The translations under genes were made by a program, and so were the position numbers. From Vezdaea acicularis (Eukaryota), in contig JAPEUI010000045.1 in the NCBI GenBank assembly GCA_026025075.1, positions 1 through 64,000 of the forward strand: 64,000 nt of DNA. The letters are read 5' to 3'. The notes beneath the pieces are model-generated. The model saw only the letters and a list, made by a program, of their open reading frames with translations. It made no database searches and was not told the origin of the DNA. The first letter of the stretch is position 1. Each line of letters opens with the position of its first letter. This document shows, one piece after another, positions 61,072-64,000 of this stretch.

Positions 61072-62312
61072 ATGAGTGGAAGTGAGCTTCTCAAGTACTC
61101 GAACTGCGGTGTAAGTTCTATGACTCAAGAGAGAGGCTCGGTCACTTGACAAAGCCTTATTCTCTGTTTCCTTCTCTCATGGAAAACTCAGCTCTAATAA
61201 TGGCCGCTGACCTTCCATAGCAATACTGCATTGGCTACGCATATGGCGAGGGAGGCGGCTTCAATTGTCAACTCAACGATGTCACCTGCTTCTGCAGTTC
61301 AAATACCTACCTGAATTACTGGGCGACTTGTATGAAGACCGCCACCTTCTACCCAGCCTACAACTGCCCGACGTCGGCCTTGGACAGTATGTATCCCGAG
61401 TCGATAAGCCTCGGCCACCCGCTGATATCGAATAGATGACTTCACGACCTTTACCAATGACTGCAAAGGGTATGCGCCTCGACAAGCACTCGTCGTTACC
61501 ATGGGGTCTTGGCAGCTAATTCTCGATTAGAGTTGGCGTCTCAATCAGCTTGGGTTCTCCTCCGAGTGGTAGTGGTGGTGGTGCCTCAGTCTCAGGAACG
61601 GCCTCGTTAGCTCGTATGTCCCTCCGTCCGCCCCTCGCATCCATGATGTTTGCAAAGATTCGTGACTAAAACTGGTGTAGCCACTCAATCTGCGGCAATC
61701 TCATCTGCAATTGCATCCGTCTCCTCGGCGGGGGGAACCGTGACCGTGGGAGCGGTTGGTGCCACCTCCACGTCTAGCAGCAGCAGCGGTAGCGGCGGCC
61801 TCAGTGGTGGTGCCAAGGCTGGTATCGCCATCGGAGTCGTCCTTGGTGTCCTCCTCCTTCTAGGCGCAATCATCGCATTCGTGATCTTCCGCCGGCGGTC
61901 CAAAAAGAAGCAAGCAGCCATGCCCCCGGCCGGAATGGTCCAACAGCAGCCCGGTGCAGGATATCAACAACAGCCAATGCAGCAGCCAATGGCCCAGCAG
62001 CCCTATGGCCAGTCGCAGCAGTACGGACAGCAGCCATACGGCCAGGCCCCTGTCGACCAGAAAGGCGCCGTCGCAGGATACGCACCCGTGTCCGGCTACG
62101 ACCAGAACGCTCCGGCTTACCAACAACCCCAGCACACCGGCGTCAGTTCCGCATCTGGCGGTGGCGTCGCTCCAGGCTATACCCCGATCTCCTCCGAGCG
62201 CTCCGGCCCTGACTTGGGTCCCACGCCCGGTACCCACGGCAACACGACAGGAACGAGCAACGAGCTGGCCAGCCCCGAACAAGCCCCCCGCTACGAAATG
62301 GGAACTCATTAA
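61072..62312 (+). CDS. CFEM-domain single-pass membrane protein, 5 exons
   Basis: Exons 61072-61110, 61221-61386, 61436-61469, 61531-61613, 61681-62312. Spliced N-terminus MSGSELLKYSNCGQYCIGYAYGEGGGFNCQLNDVTCFCSSNTYLNYWATCMKTATFYPAYNCPTSALDNDFTTFTNDCKG (8 Cys); S/G stalk; LSGGAKAGIAIGVVLG TM; RRRSKKK; Q/Y/P-rich tail. Confidence 0.85.
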
Positions 62313-63024
62313 AGCATCAACCTCCATCTTCCTTCACCTTTTTCTTTACATGCCTCCGACCCAACTCTGCATACTGGCTCTTATAATAGTAGGGGTGATG
62401 GTTTGGGCGAAGAGGGGGAGGGGAATCACGGAATTTTTCTTTTCCTGTTTTTCTTGTCCTTGTCCTTGTAGCTGGGAGCTTAGGGCTGGGTTGCGTCACG
62501 CGGCTTATTCGAACGAGAGCGAGTGCTAGAGGCTATTCAAACCCCTCCACCCCCCCCCTCTTCTTTTTTTTTGCTCTCCGAGGGGTCCTTTCTGTAGAAA
62601 GATTCATGGGGCTGTGGGATAGGGGGTTAGCACATATTTTTCCATGACGCTTGCAAGAACCCTTTCTCGGCGCGGTTCATGTCTCGTGATACTCATCCTC
62701 TCCCCTCTCTTGAGTGATACGTGATTTACCGTTTTGATTCACCCCTTTTCTAAGTGAAGTCGATGCGACTGCTATTGTTGTACTCTGGATCAACAAACGC
62801 GGCGTGAAACCAATTGATATGCTCGTAGGGCAGTCTATCTATTTAGGTCACATCTCATATTGTGGTCCACGAAGTATGTACTGAAGCATCAAAACAGGAA
62901 GTCTTTGAAGTATCATCATCCGCGAATATGTCGTACAAAGCAGGCCTCTCAAGGAACTTGTGGTGGCGTTCGTTCGTGGCAAGTGCCCAAGCCGCCAAAA
63001 ACCGCCTCCACGAAAAAACTTTCT

Positions 63025-63890
63025 GTTCCTGCTCGCGAAGCGAAGTACCTTCCCACGTATTTTATGATGGGAGGTACTTCCAGCTCATACATCTTTGAGG
63101 TTGGTCGTAATCTGATTCGGGGAATTAGTTCAAATACATCTATAAGCTACAATTCCGCTCCTAAAACTTGATTATCGGCACTGGCGAAGACGCTATCTTG
63201 GATTTAGATGCGATGCGGATTCTCTCGTGGGAGAATGGGAACGGGAAATTGGAAGGTCATGTGGTTGTCATGTGATAAATCTGGAGTTTATGCGTTGCAG
63301 TGGTGTTACGCGCTTTCTATTCGTGCTTGCGAAGAGATGTACCTTTCTGTACGATTTGCATGGGAAGGTACTTTGAGCTTTACCATCTTTGAGGTTGGTT
63401 GTAAGCTGATTTGGGGGATTAGTTCAAATACATCTATGAGCTATAGTTCCGCCCCTGAAATCGAGTTATCAGCACCTGCAAAGGTAGTATTGTGATTTCA
63501 GATGCGACGCGGATTCCGTCGTGGAAAAATGAGGACGGGAAATTGTAGGGTCATGTGGGTGTCAGGTGACGGTTGCGAGCTTCACGCATTGCAGTGGTGC
63601 AACCACTTTCTTTCGCTTGCGGCTCGTGAAGTACCCCCTCATACAGCTTTTGCCTTGAAAGTACTTTGAGATTTCCCATCTCCAGGTTTAGTCGTAATCT
63701 AATTTGGGGGACTAATTCAAATACATCTATGGATTATAATTCCGCTCCTGAAATCGAGTTATCGGCACTTACGAAGGCTGTATCTTGAATTTGGAGGCGA
63801 TCCGGCTCCTGTCGTGGGATTATGGGAACGAGAAAATTGCAAAATCACGCGGAGGTCATGTGATAGCTCTAAACTTTATGCGTTGCAGTG
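63025..63890. repeat. Degenerate tandem repeat, ~294-bp unit, 3 copies; probable pseudogene relic on the minus strand
   Basis: TTCAAATACATCTAT at 63129, 63423 and 63716 (periods 294 and 293); (T/C)GC(G/A)TTGCAGTG at ~63291, 63585 and 63879. Confidence 0.92.
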
Positions 63891-64000
63891 ACAAAACACC
63901 GACCACTTTCGCCCTTACCGAGTCCAAGGGTGCTTGCTCTTACAGGGGCGAGGAGGATGGCCCCCAACAGATAAGATTCTGACTAATATTTTAGCAACCT

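Noticed and set aside
60758..61075. Hydrophobic upstream ORF as the missing CFEM signal peptide
   Set aside because: It is in a different frame, its TGA overlaps the CFEM ATG, and its hydrophobicity reflects a pyrimidine-rich leader; no splice joining it in frame was evident.
1..64000. Secondary-metabolite or other functional gene cluster
   Set aside because: No PKS, NRPS, terpene or RiPP backbone gene; the genes are functionally unrelated and mostly housekeeping.

Overview
Intron-rich genomic DNA from a filamentous ascomycete (Pezizomycotina), with short GT-AG introns and CT(A/G)A(C/T) branch sites. About 19 protein-coding loci can be assembled by hand: an MFS transporter, a 3-dehydroshikimate dehydratase-like TIM barrel, a Flo8/Som1 LisH regulator, BET3, the U5 snRNP 40K WD40 protein, a 2-TM PPxY protein, a secreted Pro/Thr-rich protein, a TM9/nonaspanin, an alpha-arrestin, a GH128 glucanase, an ADA2-like adenosine deaminase, ATG2, a type II haloacid dehalogenase, a secreted Cys-rich protein, a TFIIIC triple-barrel subunit, a MIT-domain protein, a CinA-C/PncC-like protein, a helical orphan and a CFEM membrane protein that the ORF track mostly misses. 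There is one complete 1.3-kb Tc1/mariner element (TIRs, TA target duplication, DD37E transposase with a single premature TAA) and two decayed coding-like tandem repeats (120 bp and ~294 bp units). The most striking signal is the haloacid dehalogenase: it is intact except for one TAG at the conserved Trp of WHRLDP-W-PDS, the signature of genes rescued by A-to-I (UAG to UGG) mRNA editing, although a recent nonsense allele or a sequencing error cannot be excluded. Other notable signals are a ~1 kb AUG-free region upstream of SOM1 and oscillating C-rich/G-rich blocks near convergent gene ends. I recognised no tRNA, rRNA or CRISPR. Gene models and family calls were made by eye, without database searches or transcript data.
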